From Thermodesulfobacteriota bacterium (GTDB lineage: Bacteria > Desulfobacterota > Desulfarculia > JACQYL01): a stretch of DNA of 64,000 bases. Every line of letters starts with the position of its first letter. Position 1 is the stretch's first letter. This document shows, one piece after another, positions 1 to 9,800 of the stretch. Below the pieces are notes generated by a model. It saw only the letters and a program-made list of their open reading frames with translations. It was not told the DNA's origin and searched no databases. Both the position numbers and the translations under genes were made by a program. The stretch spans positions 1,696,001-1,760,000 of the forward strand of contig CAXXLZ010000001.1 of assembly GCA_963675595.2 (NCBI GenBank). Direction: 5' to 3'.

Positions 1-347
1 GCACCATCCGCGAAAATCGCTTCCCAAAATGAGCTAGTGACGAAATATGGTTCGTATTCATAGTCCACCTGCACTGTTACATTTTTGGCTACTTGATCCG
101 TGTTTACCGTGGTGACTATGGAGGTTTCGGGCAGGTGCGCCGTCAACTTCTCCATCAACGTTTGGACGTCGGCCAGCTGGCCCTCACGCTGTACCAAACG
201 GGCTCCTTCCCGCGTGGCTTCGAAGAGCGTAAAGTAGGTCTTGAGCATGTTCGACCCTTCGAATACCAGGAACAGCATGGGCACAAGAATGCTCAGGATC
301 AGTCCGAACTCGACGACCATCGACCCTTTTTGTTTCCGGTTACCCAT
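1..347 (-). CDS. tadE: TadE/TadG-like pseudopilin (3' end outside window)
   Basis: Hand translation from ATG at 347: MGNRKQKGSMVVEFGLILSILVPMLFLVFEG...ATREGAR. Has the G/xxxxE prepilin site, a hydrophobic helix and the TadE 'AxREGAR' motif; GGAGAGG RBS upstream. Absent from the ORF track because it is truncated. Confidence 0.85.
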   Translation of the reverse strand, partial: MGNRKQKGSMVVEFGLILSILVPMLFLVFEGSNMLKTYFTLFEATREGARLVQREGQLADVQTLMEKLTAHLPETSIVTTVNTDQVAKNVTVQVDYEYEPYFVTSSFWEAIFADG

Positions 348-497
348 TTTCCCTCTCCCAAGAAACGATCGTTTCCAACTGTGCGGCGACTCTCCATTCC
401 CCCAGTGAACCCCCAAGCCGCCAACCGACTGCAACCGCCGGCCTTCACTGCAGGTTATCTTTTCCGGTTAACCAATGGACGCGCCCTACCGGCCGTT

Positions 498-818
498 TCA
501 CTTGTCTTCTTTCTGAAGGCTGGTGAGACCGATCTTCTTGCTGCTCTTACTCTTCTGGCCACTCTTATCCTCAATGATCCGGAACTTGGACACGACCCCT
601 TCGGCGTATTCACCGTCCAAGCCTTCCACCGGGACCGGAGGCGTGGGTTCAGGGTTAAGCTTTTGATTTTCCAATGCCATTCTGACGGAACCTCCCAACA
701 CGGGCTGCGGAGGATCCCTGAGAGGATCCTCGAGTATTCCACATGAACTCACCGTGATGGAGAGCATCAGCACCAAGATCGCCGGTCCCACCCATGTCAT
801 CCGCCTGGAATTTTTCAT
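498..818 (-). CDS. Small lipoprotein of the Tad operon
   Basis: Basic N-terminus, hydrophobic stretch and lipobox-like VSSC; lies between cpaC and tadE on the same strand. Confidence 0.65.
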   Translation of the reverse strand: MKNSRRMTWVGPAILVLMLSITVSSCGILEDPLRDPPQPVLGGSVRMALENQKLNPEPTPPVPVEGLDGEYAEGVVSKFRIIEDKSGQKSKSSKKIGLTSLQKEDK

Positions 819-849
819 ATCGTGCTCCGCTTTTCGGATAATGCATCAA

Positions 850-2343
850 TCATTTGGGATAGGAGTGGCCGAAACTGCCGTCGAAGCCAAACCCTGCGGT
901 CCCCGTTCCGGATGCCGGCTCACGAGAACTCGTATCGACCGACGGAGCAGGTTCCTCTTCCTCTTTCGCCGCAGCCTCTTTCGAGCGATACATCGTCCTG
1001 GGGTACGTATCCGTTGCGGTGAACTGATCCGTGGGCAAGGTCTGCTTGGCTACGTTCAGAGGTTTTGCCAAGTGAGGAGTCACAATGATGATCAGTTCCG
1101 TCTCGTTTTTCTGAAAGGAAGAGCTGCGAAACAGCTTACCCAGAATGGGGATGTCTCCCAGGATGGGGAACTTCTGGATGTCTTCCTTCACGCTTTCCTT
1201 GAGCAGCCCCGCAATGGCGAAGCTCTGACCGCTGTCCAGCTCCACCGTGGTGCTCGCCCGTCGACTTGTAATGGCCGGAATCGTAACGCTGCTGATCAAG
1301 ACCGCATTGGAAAAGTCCAGTTCGGACACTTCCGGGGTCACCTGCATATGGATACGATTGCCACCCAGCACGGACGGAGTGAACTTCAAACCGACGCCGA
1401 AGGCCTTCCATTCGATGCCCACCGTGCCCAAGCCCTGGGGCACGGGCACGGGAATCTCGCCACCCGCCAGGAAGCTTGCGGTCTGACCGCTGAGACAAAT
1501 CAGATTGGGCTCCGCGAGAATCTTCACCAAGCCGTCCGTCTTCAAGGCGTCGAGAAAACCGGTGAATTCACTGGAGTCCCCGCCCAGCGAGAAAAGTCCG
1601 GTTACATCGTTTGAGAACCTGAGGATCCCATCTTCATCCAAGAAGGAAAGACCGTTGAGAAACGAATAGAAGATGTCCCCACCATTCACGTACCGGAAAT
1701 TAAACCCCAGTCGATCCACCAGACTCCTGGCCACTTCCGCAATCTTTACTTCGAGCATTACCTGATGGACGCCGCCGACCTGCATCAAGTTGAGGACCTT
1801 GCCGGCCGAATACGCCTGAGCCAAGGACAGTGCCGTGGACATGTTGACCGCGGACGAGACGGGACCCGCCAGAGTGATGGAATCCTTCGACGGAAGCACT
1901 TTGATGCCGCTTTCGTCGGGCATCACATTATGTATGATCGCCTTGAGTTGCGTCAGATCGGCGTTCACTTCGAGGTTGAAGACGCGCATGATCTCTTTGT
2001 CGGAACTCCACAGAGTCAGATTCGTAACTCCCGGGGCTTTTCCGGTGAGATAGACCTGTCGAGGCGAGAGCAACAACATGTCCGCGAAGTCGGGAGACGC
2101 CATGGAAACCCGGTGGATGGGGCGTTCGCTCTTCAAGATGATCGACTTGCCCATGGTCACCTGAACCGTCTCCGGGAGCTCTACCTGATCCACATAGACG
2201 GAAGAAGCCGGTGCCGCTCCGCAAAGGAGTATAAGGAGAAGAAACGCTCCGCACAGATGAAGGCCGATACGGGTCAGCGCCGGTACTCTCTTTTGTCCAA
2301 GTCTGTTCACTGTTGATCGAACCCGGCCGTTCATGTCGTTCAC
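850..2343 (-). CDS. cpaC: Tad pilus secretin CpaC/RcpA
   Basis: N-terminal pilus-formation domain (GKAPGVTNLTLW), QVMLEVKIAEV, LAEPNL..SG..ASFLAGGEIPVP and the secretin signature KFPILGDIPILGKLFRS...ETELIIIVTP. Confidence 0.95.
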   Translation of the reverse strand: MNDMNGRVRSTVNRLGQKRVPALTRIGLHLCGAFLLLILLCGAAPASSVYVDQVELPETVQVTMGKSIILKSERPIHRVSMASPDFADMLLLSPRQVYLTGKAPGVTNLTLWSSDKEIMRVFNLEVNADLTQLKAIIHNVMPDESGIKVLPSKDSITLAGPVSSAVNMSTALSLAQAYSAGKVLNLMQVGGVHQVMLEVKIAEVARSLVDRLGFNFRYVNGGDIFYSFLNGLSFLDEDGILRFSNDVTGLFSLGGDSSEFTGFLDALKTDGLVKILAEPNLICLSGQTASFLAGGEIPVPVPQGLGTVGIEWKAFGVGLKFTPSVLGGNRIHMQVTPEVSELDFSNAVLISSVTIPAITSRRASTTVELDSGQSFAIAGLLKESVKEDIQKFPILGDIPILGKLFRSSSFQKNETELIIIVTPHLAKPLNVAKQTLPTDQFTATDTYPRTMYRSKEAAAKEEEEPAPSVDTSSREPASGTGTAGFGFDGSFGHSYPK

Positions 2344-2367
2344 TCCTGTTGGCTTGTGCCTTTTCGG

Positions 2368-3219
2368 TCAGAAGGTGACCGTGCTCATTTCATTTCCGGT
2401 TATCATCTGAACCGATATGACCCGCCGGGGCGCCTTGGCGGTACCGCTCGCCGCGCGCACTCCCGGAATGTAAGGGCGGAAAGAGGAAAGGCTGCCCTCA
2501 ATGGTGGCCCCGCTCGTTAGGACCATATCCTCGTCCTCGCCGTTTCTCAGGGCGAAATGCAGCGTTCCCAACGTGGCCGCCAATCCCAGCTTCTCACACT
2601 CTTCCGGACTCATTTCCAGGGTAAACGTGTCCACCGGAGAAAGTTCCTGCCCGTCGGCCGAGGCTTCCAGCTCCGTTCCCGTACCTAATACGAGCACGTT
2701 CTGGAGCACCACCTTGGTGAACGGTTCCTGTTTCTGGTCCGTTTGATAGCTTTGAGGCTGCATCGTGACCAGGACATCCACGTGGTGGCCGGGTCGAATG
2801 TGCCCGGCGAGCCCCAGCACTTTGGTGCCCTTTACCGCCACCGCTCGCTTCCCCTTGGAGATCAAGGCGCTCATGCCGCCCGCGGTCACATCCATCGAAG
2901 CCAAACGGGATTCCGTAATGGGTTCGTTCTTGCCGATATGGGCGATGAGCACACGGCCTTCCACAGTCGCCAAGTCGGGATAGTGATGTTCCGGAACGCT
3001 CTCTTTGAGATAATCGACCACCTTAACCATGCCTTCGCCAAGCTTGGTTCCGATGGTCAAATCCGCCGTGGCCACGGCCACGGGAACGGTTTCCGGTTCC
3101 ACCACCTTCACCACTTGAGCCACACTACGGCTGCTCATCCAATAATAAATGAGCGTTCCGGCGCATACGGCCAAAATGAACGCTACTCCCAATTGCATGA
3201 ACGCTTTGGACTTGTTCAT
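2368..3219 (-). CDS. cpaB: Flp pilus assembly protein CpaB/RcpC (SAF domain)
   Basis: N-terminal TM, SAF domain, GKRAVAV...GHIRPGHHVDVLVT and VLQNVLVL motifs; operon context. Confidence 0.93.
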   Translation of the reverse strand: MNKSKAFMQLGVAFILAVCAGTLIYYWMSSRSVAQVVKVVEPETVPVAVATADLTIGTKLGEGMVKVVDYLKESVPEHHYPDLATVEGRVLIAHIGKNEPITESRLASMDVTAGGMSALISKGKRAVAVKGTKVLGLAGHIRPGHHVDVLVTMQPQSYQTDQKQEPFTKVVLQNVLVLGTGTELEASADGQELSPVDTFTLEMSPEECEKLGLAATLGTLHFALRNGEDEDMVLTSGATIEGSLSSFRPYIPGVRAASGTAKAPRRVISVQMITGNEMSTVTF

Positions 3220-3234
3220 GATGCAACCTCTCCG

Positions 3235-3780
3235 TCAGAGCCCGAAAACGCCCTTCGGCGCCAAATAGTTCAGACCCATGGCCGCCGCAGCCCCAAATGC
3301 GATGGCTAAGCCGTAGCAGAGCCTGGGTAGGCGACTATCCGGGTCCGGAGCCTCATACTGGAACTTGCGTGTCGCCATGTAAGCCATAACCGCGGCCCAA
3401 AAAGCGGACATGATTCGGCGGACCGTACTCCAATGAGGCACCAGCATAATGAGCGCATAGAGCCCGCCGAAAAGACTGGTGAACACAAAGGCCACCAGAA
3501 CCCCCGTAGGCCCCAGAGCCGACCCCACCACCGCCATGAGCTTCACATCGCCGGCGCCCATGAGACCCATCAAATGAGGTACGATCATCACACCCAGACC
3601 CAGGGCAAGGCCGCCCAAACCAAACAGCAGACCGTCCATGCCCTGGGTCAGACCGTGATAACCAATCCCCACAATCATGGCGGGAAAGGTAATCAGGTTC
3701 GGAATCCGTTGTTTGCGAACATCGGTGATCGCGGCGACGGTCAATACGATGCTCAGAAAGATGACTACGAACGGATCCAT
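3235..3780 (-). CDS. cpaA: Prepilin peptidase CpaA/TadV (A24 family)
   Basis: DVRKQRIPN and MGAGDVKL catalytic Asp motifs, multiple TMs, YGLAI near the C-terminus; start taken at ATG 3780. Confidence 0.93.
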   Translation of the reverse strand: MDPFVVIFLSIVLTVAAITDVRKQRIPNLITFPAMIVGIGYHGLTQGMDGLLFGLGGLALGLGVMIVPHLMGLMGAGDVKLMAVVGSALGPTGVLVAFVFTSLFGGLYALIMLVPHWSTVRRIMSAFWAAVMAYMATRKFQYEAPDPDSRLPRLCYGLAIAFGAAAAMGLNYLAPKGVFGL

Positions 3781-3984
3781 TCCTTGCTCCCAACCTTTCG
3801 TCAAAATACCTTTTTTCTCTTCCTTTACATGCCTGGGCGGAACCCGAAGCCCTTTGAGACTCCTGCCGGTTCCGCCCGTCCATCGATTCTGCTTTCAGCC
3901 GTGAGCCTGTGCGAACTCGATTCTTCCCTTCGTGACCGGAGGAGGCGACGATCGCGCCCCCTCTTGTCCTTTTCAGACCACGAC

Positions 3985-4149
3985 CTAAGGCAGAGCGGTG
4001 TCGATGGTGGTAAACGTACCCTGCAGCTTGGTTCCGATGCTCGTCACCGCCGTAATGATCACCGCGGCGATAAGGGCCGCCAGCATACCGTATTCAATGG
4101 CCGACGCGCCTTCTTCGTTCTTCAGAAAATTCATGATCATCTTTTTCAT
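3985..4149 (-). CDS. flp: Flp/Fap type IVb pilin (copy C, last transcribed)
   Basis: 54 aa, EEG/ASAIEYGMLAALIA Flp motif; GGAGGGG RBS. Confidence 0.95.
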   Translation of the reverse strand: MKKMIMNFLKNEEGASAIEYGMLAALIAAVIITAVTSIGTKLQGTFTTIDTALP

Positions 4150-4325
4150 GGTTCCCCTCCCTCGGGCGTTGGACTTTTCAAATTCGTAATTCGTATTTCG
4201 GGTGGGCTTACCGCCCCTTGCTTCCCGCATTCGATCGTCGCTTGAGGCCGCTCCGAGATCGGCTCTCCCGTTTCGGGAGCGCCTCTCTCATCGCCTACGC
4301 CTTACTGCATCGCTTCAAATTACGA

Positions 4326-4490
4326 CTAGGGCAGAGCAGTATCGATGGTGGTGAACGTACCCTGCAGCTTGGTTCCGATGCTCGTCACCGCCGTAATGAT
4401 CACCGCGGCGATAAGGGCCGCCAGCATGCCGTATTCGATGGCCGATGCGCCTTCTTCGTTCTTCAGAAAATTCATGATCATCTTTTTCAT
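4326..4490 (-). CDS. flp: Flp/Fap type IVb pilin (copy B)
   Basis: Protein identical to copy C; same RBS context. Confidence 0.95.
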   Translation of the reverse strand: MKKMIMNFLKNEEGASAIEYGMLAALIAAVIITAVTSIGTKLQGTFTTIDTALP

Positions 4491-4672
4491 GGTTCCCCTC
4501 CCTCGGGCGTTGGATTTTATCTTTCGGTATTCCGTGTCTTTTTCGATGATGGACTTCTTCCCCGTTACTCCCCGCATTCGATCGTCGTCGGAGGCCGTTC
4601 CGAGATCGGCTCTCCCGTTCGGGAAGCGCCTCTCTCATCGTTTACGCCTCATTGCATCCTTTCAGATTACGA

Positions 4673-4837
4673 CTAGGGCAGAGCAGTATCGATGGTGGTG
4701 AACGTACCCTGCAGCTTGGTTCCGATGCTCGTCACCGCCGTAATGATAACCGCCGCAATCAGGGCCGCCAGCATGCCGTATTCGATGGCCGAGGCGCCTT
4801 CTTCGTTCTTCAGCAAATTCATAATCTTCGATCTCAT
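4673..4837 (-). CDS. flp: Flp/Fap type IVb pilin (copy A, first transcribed)
   Basis: Leader MRSKIMNLLKNEEG differs but the mature peptide is identical; GGAGG RBS. Confidence 0.95.
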   Translation of the reverse strand: MRSKIMNLLKNEEGASAIEYGMLAALIAAVIITAVTSIGTKLQGTFTTIDTALP

Positions 4838-4883
4838 GGTATCCTCCGTTGAGTTTATTTTCCGTGTCGTTGCCTTCCTTAAA

Positions 4884-4900
4884 AGCAATAGGCATGCCGG
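4884..4900 (-). promoter_or_regulatory. Sigma-54 (-24/-12) promoter of the flp-tad operon
   Basis: Minus strand CCGGCATGCCTATTGCT: GG-N10-GC, close to the TGGCACG-N4-TTGCW consensus, 47 bp upstream of the flp ATG, next to a sigma-54 activator gene. Confidence 0.85.
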
Positions 4901-5235
4901 CATTGAGGGAATCGGGAGGTTCATCGATAAACGCCCACGTTCAAGCGCTTCCCGAGAAGAAAAAAATCGGTTGGACGAATCTCACAGAAAAGCGAAGCGG
5001 AAAAGGGATCCATGAACGATAGATCTGTATTTGAACTCAGCTACTTTGCATTACAAGGAATGGGGCGGGGTCCTTCCGGTAGAACAGCCCATCGTTGCGC
5101 TCAACCTACTGGAATTACTAAATATACTTGGAGTTCGACGTACCAAGGCAGACCTCGAGATGCCAATCGACCTGGAAATCCACAGGCATTAGATCCCTTT
5201 CAGGCGACTTTTCTCGAGATCTATCAAGAATGGAT

Positions 5236-6633
5236 TCAGTGATCGGCTCGCTGTTCGCGATGGCAGGAGGAAGGGTCGATGTGATGTTTCTGAATCTTGT
5301 TCCAGAGGTTCTTGGGACTGATGCCCAGGAGTTTGGCGGCTTCGATCTGAACCCCGTTGGCGCGCTGCAGCGCGTTCAAAATGAGGCTTTTCTCCATTTC
5401 CTGAAGCTGCTCTCGCAGCGACAACGTCGGTGAAGGTTCGGAATCGGGTAGTTGAATCGGACCGCGTTGCAGGGCAAGTTCGATATCCCTGGTCGTCATT
5501 ACGTTGCTCTTGCAAAAAATTGAAGCACGTTCGAGGATATTCCTCAATTGTCTTACATTTCCCGGCCAATCATGCCGAAATAAGGCTTCCATGGCGTCAC
5601 TCGAAACCGTGGCGATATCCGTACCCGTCTTAAGGTTGATTCCTCGGACGAAGTGATCCACCAGGAGAGGGAGATCCTCTTTTCGTTCCCTGAGCGGAGG
5701 GATGTGAATCGTGGCGACATTGAGACGATAATAGAGGTCTTCACGAAATTTCTTTTCCTGGATCAGGCCTGCGAGGTCCTGATTCGTAGCCGCGATGATT
5801 TTAACATCATAGGTAATCGGCTTGGAGCCGCCGATTCGTTCCACTTGCTTCTGCTCCACGGCGCGAAGCAGTTTCGGCTGAAGGTGCAGAGGCATGTCGC
5901 CGATTTCATCCAGCAGAATTGTTCCGTGTTCCGCCAGCTCGAATTTTCCTTTCTTACCCGCGCTGGCCCCGGTAAACGCCCCTTTTTCATGGCCGAACAA
6001 CTCACTTTCCAGAAGCGTCTCGGGAAGCGCGGCACAGTTGATCTTAATGAAAGGTCCCTTGGCTCTAGGGCTCAGAGCGTGGATCGTGTCCGCCACGATT
6101 TCCTTCCCCGTGCCTGATTCCCCGGTGATCAGCACGTTGGTTTCCAACCGCGCCACCCTCTCCACCACGGCTTTAAGGCGCTTCATGCATTCGCTCTGGC
6201 CCACGATCATCTTGGACGGGCTCTCGCGCTGCATGCTTTCCTGTAACGCCTTGATCTGACTTTGCAGACGACGCTTCTCCAGAGCCCGTCTGATGACGAT
6301 TTCCATCTCGCCCAGACTGAACGGCTTGGGGAAGAAATCGTACGCTCCACGCCGTATGGCTTCCAACGCGGAATCCTTGGCCGAGAACGCCGTCATCACG
6401 ATAATGTCCACACGTGGATCTGCTTCGAGCAGCTTCGGGATGGCCTCAATGCCCGACATTCCGGGCAGCATCACGTCCAAAAGCATGACCCCGAAGGATT
6501 TAATCCGCAGAAGAGGTATCGCCTCCTCGGCCGAGGAAGCGTGATCCACCTCGTAGCCCTTCTCGGAGATCGCTTCGCAGAGCATCCTACGGAAAGAATC
6601 GTCGTCATCCACTACCAGTATTCTTTCCGGCAT
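5236..6633 (-). CDS. Sigma-54-dependent response regulator (NtrC/AtoC/PilR family; REC-AAA+-HTH)
   Basis: REC domain (VVDDD, LLDVMLPG), GESGTGKE Walker A, intact GAFTGA, WPGNVRQL and a Fis-type HTH. No histidine kinase adjacent. Confidence 0.96.
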   Translation of the reverse strand: MPERILVVDDDDSFRRMLCEAISEKGYEVDHASSAEEAIPLLRIKSFGVMLLDVMLPGMSGIEAIPKLLEADPRVDIIVMTAFSAKDSALEAIRRGAYDFFPKPFSLGEMEIVIRRALEKRRLQSQIKALQESMQRESPSKMIVGQSECMKRLKAVVERVARLETNVLITGESGTGKEIVADTIHALSPRAKGPFIKINCAALPETLLESELFGHEKGAFTGASAGKKGKFELAEHGTILLDEIGDMPLHLQPKLLRAVEQKQVERIGGSKPITYDVKIIAATNQDLAGLIQEKKFREDLYYRLNVATIHIPPLRERKEDLPLLVDHFVRGINLKTGTDIATVSSDAMEALFRHDWPGNVRQLRNILERASIFCKSNVMTTRDIELALQRGPIQLPDSEPSPTLSLREQLQEMEKSLILNALQRANGVQIEAAKLLGISPKNLWNKIQKHHIDPSSCHREQRADH

Positions 6634-6743
6634 TTCTTTACTTTCCGGCTTTTGCGCCGCATGGCAACGGCTTCGGCAAGAGGATCCTCGGAGGGTAAAC
6701 CCGGCTGAGATCCCGCACTGGTTTCCCTGACTGTCTGTTGGGA

Positions 6744-6760
6744 TTGGCCCGCTTCTTGTA
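6744..6760 (+). promoter_or_regulatory. Possible sigma-54 promoter for the large surface protein
   Basis: TTGGCCCGCTTCTTGTA: strong -24 element and correct spacing, but -12 reads GT instead of GC. Confidence 0.45.
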
Positions 6761-6893
6761 GGTAACTACTCAAACAAATGAAGCCTTGAGTGTCAAGACC
6801 TTTGGGGCGAAGCCCAGAGGATCCGCGCCGGATTTATGTTTATCCTGACGGCGGGTCCGCCCCGTTTACACACATTCGAAGGAGAAGTGGTCC

Positions 6894-9800
6894 ATGCCCC
6901 CAAGAAACGATACCATTAATTATAAGCAGCGCGACAAAACGGCGGCGCCGATCGGAGAGAAATCCCGGACACCTTTCTTATCGACGATCTTGGGCGTCAT
7001 CCTCCTGGTTTCAGGAGCCGGACCTTTCACGAGTGCGGCGGCCGCGTCTCACCCCGAGTCGTTCGCAGCGCGGATACAACATCAGAAGGTGATTCCAGCC
7101 GAGAGTCCAAAAAGCCCGTTGCGTTTCGCCGGTCTCGGGGATAATGGCCGCCCGTCGGTCAATAAACCCGAGGCACAAGACCTGCCGGAGGGTCTTCGCG
7201 AGCGTATCCGTGAGGAAATCGCACAGACACAATTCACGGCGCGCTCCTTGGGAGCCCCGGCCTCCGGACCCGACGGTCCCGCATACGAAATGGTTAATCG
7301 TCCCAACAACGTTCGGATCATCTTCACCCGGGAAGGTCTGCGCCTGGAAACCCCGGAAGCCCCTGCGAACGCCGGCCACATCGACATCGCCTTGGATTCT
7401 TGGGGCCGAATCGGCTCGGAAGCGACCGCCTCCCCAACCCAGCCCATCGGAAGGGGTGCCCGTGTGGATTACCGCCGTGGAGTGCTCACCGAATGGTATA
7501 TCAACGAAAAGCGTGGAGTGGAACAGGGGGTGACTTTGTCCGCACCGCCTGAAGGGCAAGGCTCCGGAGACATCAGACTCCGATGGCGCGTGAGCGGCTC
7601 GCAGGGATCCCTCATGAGGCAAGACGACCAAGCCCTCGTCTTCCTGGACCCGGATGGCCGCGTACGGCTCCGGTATACCGGACTCACCGCTTGGGACGCC
7701 TCCGGAAAAACGCTCCCCGTGGAAATGCGCCTCGCCGATTCCTCGGCCTCCGCCGGCCACGAACAGATCATCGTGCTCGAGGTGGATGATCGTGGTGCGG
7801 CGTATCCGATTACCATCGACCCTTTCTTTACTCAATTGCAGAAGATTTCGGCGAGTGATGCGGCACTGGACAACGAGTTCGGTTACGCCACGGCCATGAG
7901 CGGGGATCTGGCCGTGGTAGGCGCACCCGGTAACAACAGTGGAGCCGGCGCTGCGTATATCTTTGAGCGAAACCAGGGTGGAAAGGACTCTTGGGGTCAA
8001 GTTACCAAAATCACCGCTTCCGACGGGGCCGGCGGGGACGGCTTCGGCACCTCCGTGGCCGTCAGCGGACACACCGTCGTGGTGGGTGCTCCCGATGACG
8101 ACGGCATGGGCTCCGCTTATGTGTTCGAACGAAATTCGGGCGGAAGCGATACTTGGGGGCAGGTTTCCAAGATCACCGCTTCCGACGGAGCAACCGGCGA
8201 TGAGTTCGGCGCCTCTGTGGCCGTCAGCGGGGATACGGTCGTGGTGGGCGCTCCCAGCGACGAGTCGAATACGGGCGCGGCCTATATCTTCGAACGTAAT
8301 GAGAATGGTCAGGACTCCTGGGGTCAGATAACCAAAATCACCGCTTCCGACGGAGCCGGCGGAGACAACTTCGGCACCTCCGTGGCGATCAGCATTGACA
8401 GCGTGGTTGCGGGAAGCCCCGGCGACGACGACGGAGGCGAAAGCTCCGGTTCCATGTATGTGTTTGCCCGTAATCAGGGTGGAGCGGACAGCTGGGGTCA
8501 GGTTCGAAAGATGGTGGCGGACGACGATGCCGCCGGAGATGCCTTGGGAACATCCGTTGTGATCAAAGGAGATGTGGCCGCCGCGGGAGCTCCGGGCAGT
8601 AACTCGGCAACCGGTTCCGCATACGTTTTCTATCGTAACCAGGGCGGAGTGGACAACTGGGGTCAGGTGAGGCAACTCCTCGCCCTCGACGGCGAAACGG
8701 GAGATGAGTTCGGTCATTCCTTGGGGTTCAACGGGGACTGGATTGTGGTAGGCGCTTACTTGGAAGACGACGTAGCCTCCGGCGCCGGATCCATCTATGT
8801 TTTCGATAGAAACCAGGGAGGAGCCGACAATTGGGGTCAGATGATTAAGATTCAGGCCGGCGACGCCGCCATGGACGATCAATTCGGTTTCTCGGTTGCC
8901 ATTGGAGGTGACACCTTGATTTCCGGCGCCAACCTCAACGACGACGGTTATTCCGCTTCCGGTTCGGCTTATCTGTTCGGGATCCCGGCCCTCACCGCGG
9001 GCAACTGGGGGGAAGTGAGACGTACCGTGTCTCAGTCGCCCGGAGACGATGAATATCTCGGTTCTTCGGTGGCCATCAGCGGGGATTTGGCGGTTGTGGG
9101 AGCCTACTTGGACGGAGATCAGGGAACCGATGCCGGAGCGGCCTACATCCTGGAAAGGAACCAAGGGGGCATCGACCAGTGGGACTTGGTCATGAAGATT
9201 AGCGGTTCCGATACCACGGGTGGAGACTGGTTCGGAACCAGCGTGGACATCCACGGAGACGTTGTGGTGATCGGATCGCCGAATCACAATACTTACGCCG
9301 GAGCTGCGTACGTATTCTACCGGAACCAGGGAGGAGCGGATAACTGGGGGCAGGTGGCCAAGTTGTCTCCCGGTGATTTGCAGGTGGGCGACGCATTCGG
9401 CGTTTCCGTGACCGTTTCGGGCGACGTCATCGTGGTTGGAACACCGTCCGACAATGACGACGTCGATGATCAGATTACGGATGTGGGCTCAGCCTATATT
9501 TTCTATCGCAATCAGGATGGAGCGGACAACTGGGGTCTGTTGAAGAAGATTCATTCGGGAGATTCGGATCAGGACGACAATTTCGGCAATGCGGTATCCT
9601 TGAGCGGCGACACCTTGGCGGTGGGTGCCTGGGGAGATGATGCCGTTGCGGTGGATGCGGGAGCGGCCTACGTTTTTCGTCGCAATGAGGGCGGCGCCGA
9701 TAACTGGGGGCAGGCGGCCAAACTGACCGCCGCCGATGCCGCCACACAGGATTATTTCAGTTCCACCGCGGTCAGTGTGAGCAACGACACCATCGTGGTC

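Larger units (their letters stand above)
3985..4837. repeat. Tandem array of flp gene plus spacer (period about 341-347 bp)
   Basis: Three homologous ORFs; spacers 4150-4325 and 4491-4672 align clearly (e.g. GCATTCGATCGTCG...CCGAGATCGGCTCTCCCG...GCGCCTCTCTCATCG). Confidence 0.95.

Noticed and set aside
3880-3935. GCACAGG...GAAA segment reminiscent of a c-di-GMP-I riboswitch before cpaA
   Set aside because: The GCAAAC and GACGCAAAGC core and second stem are missing.
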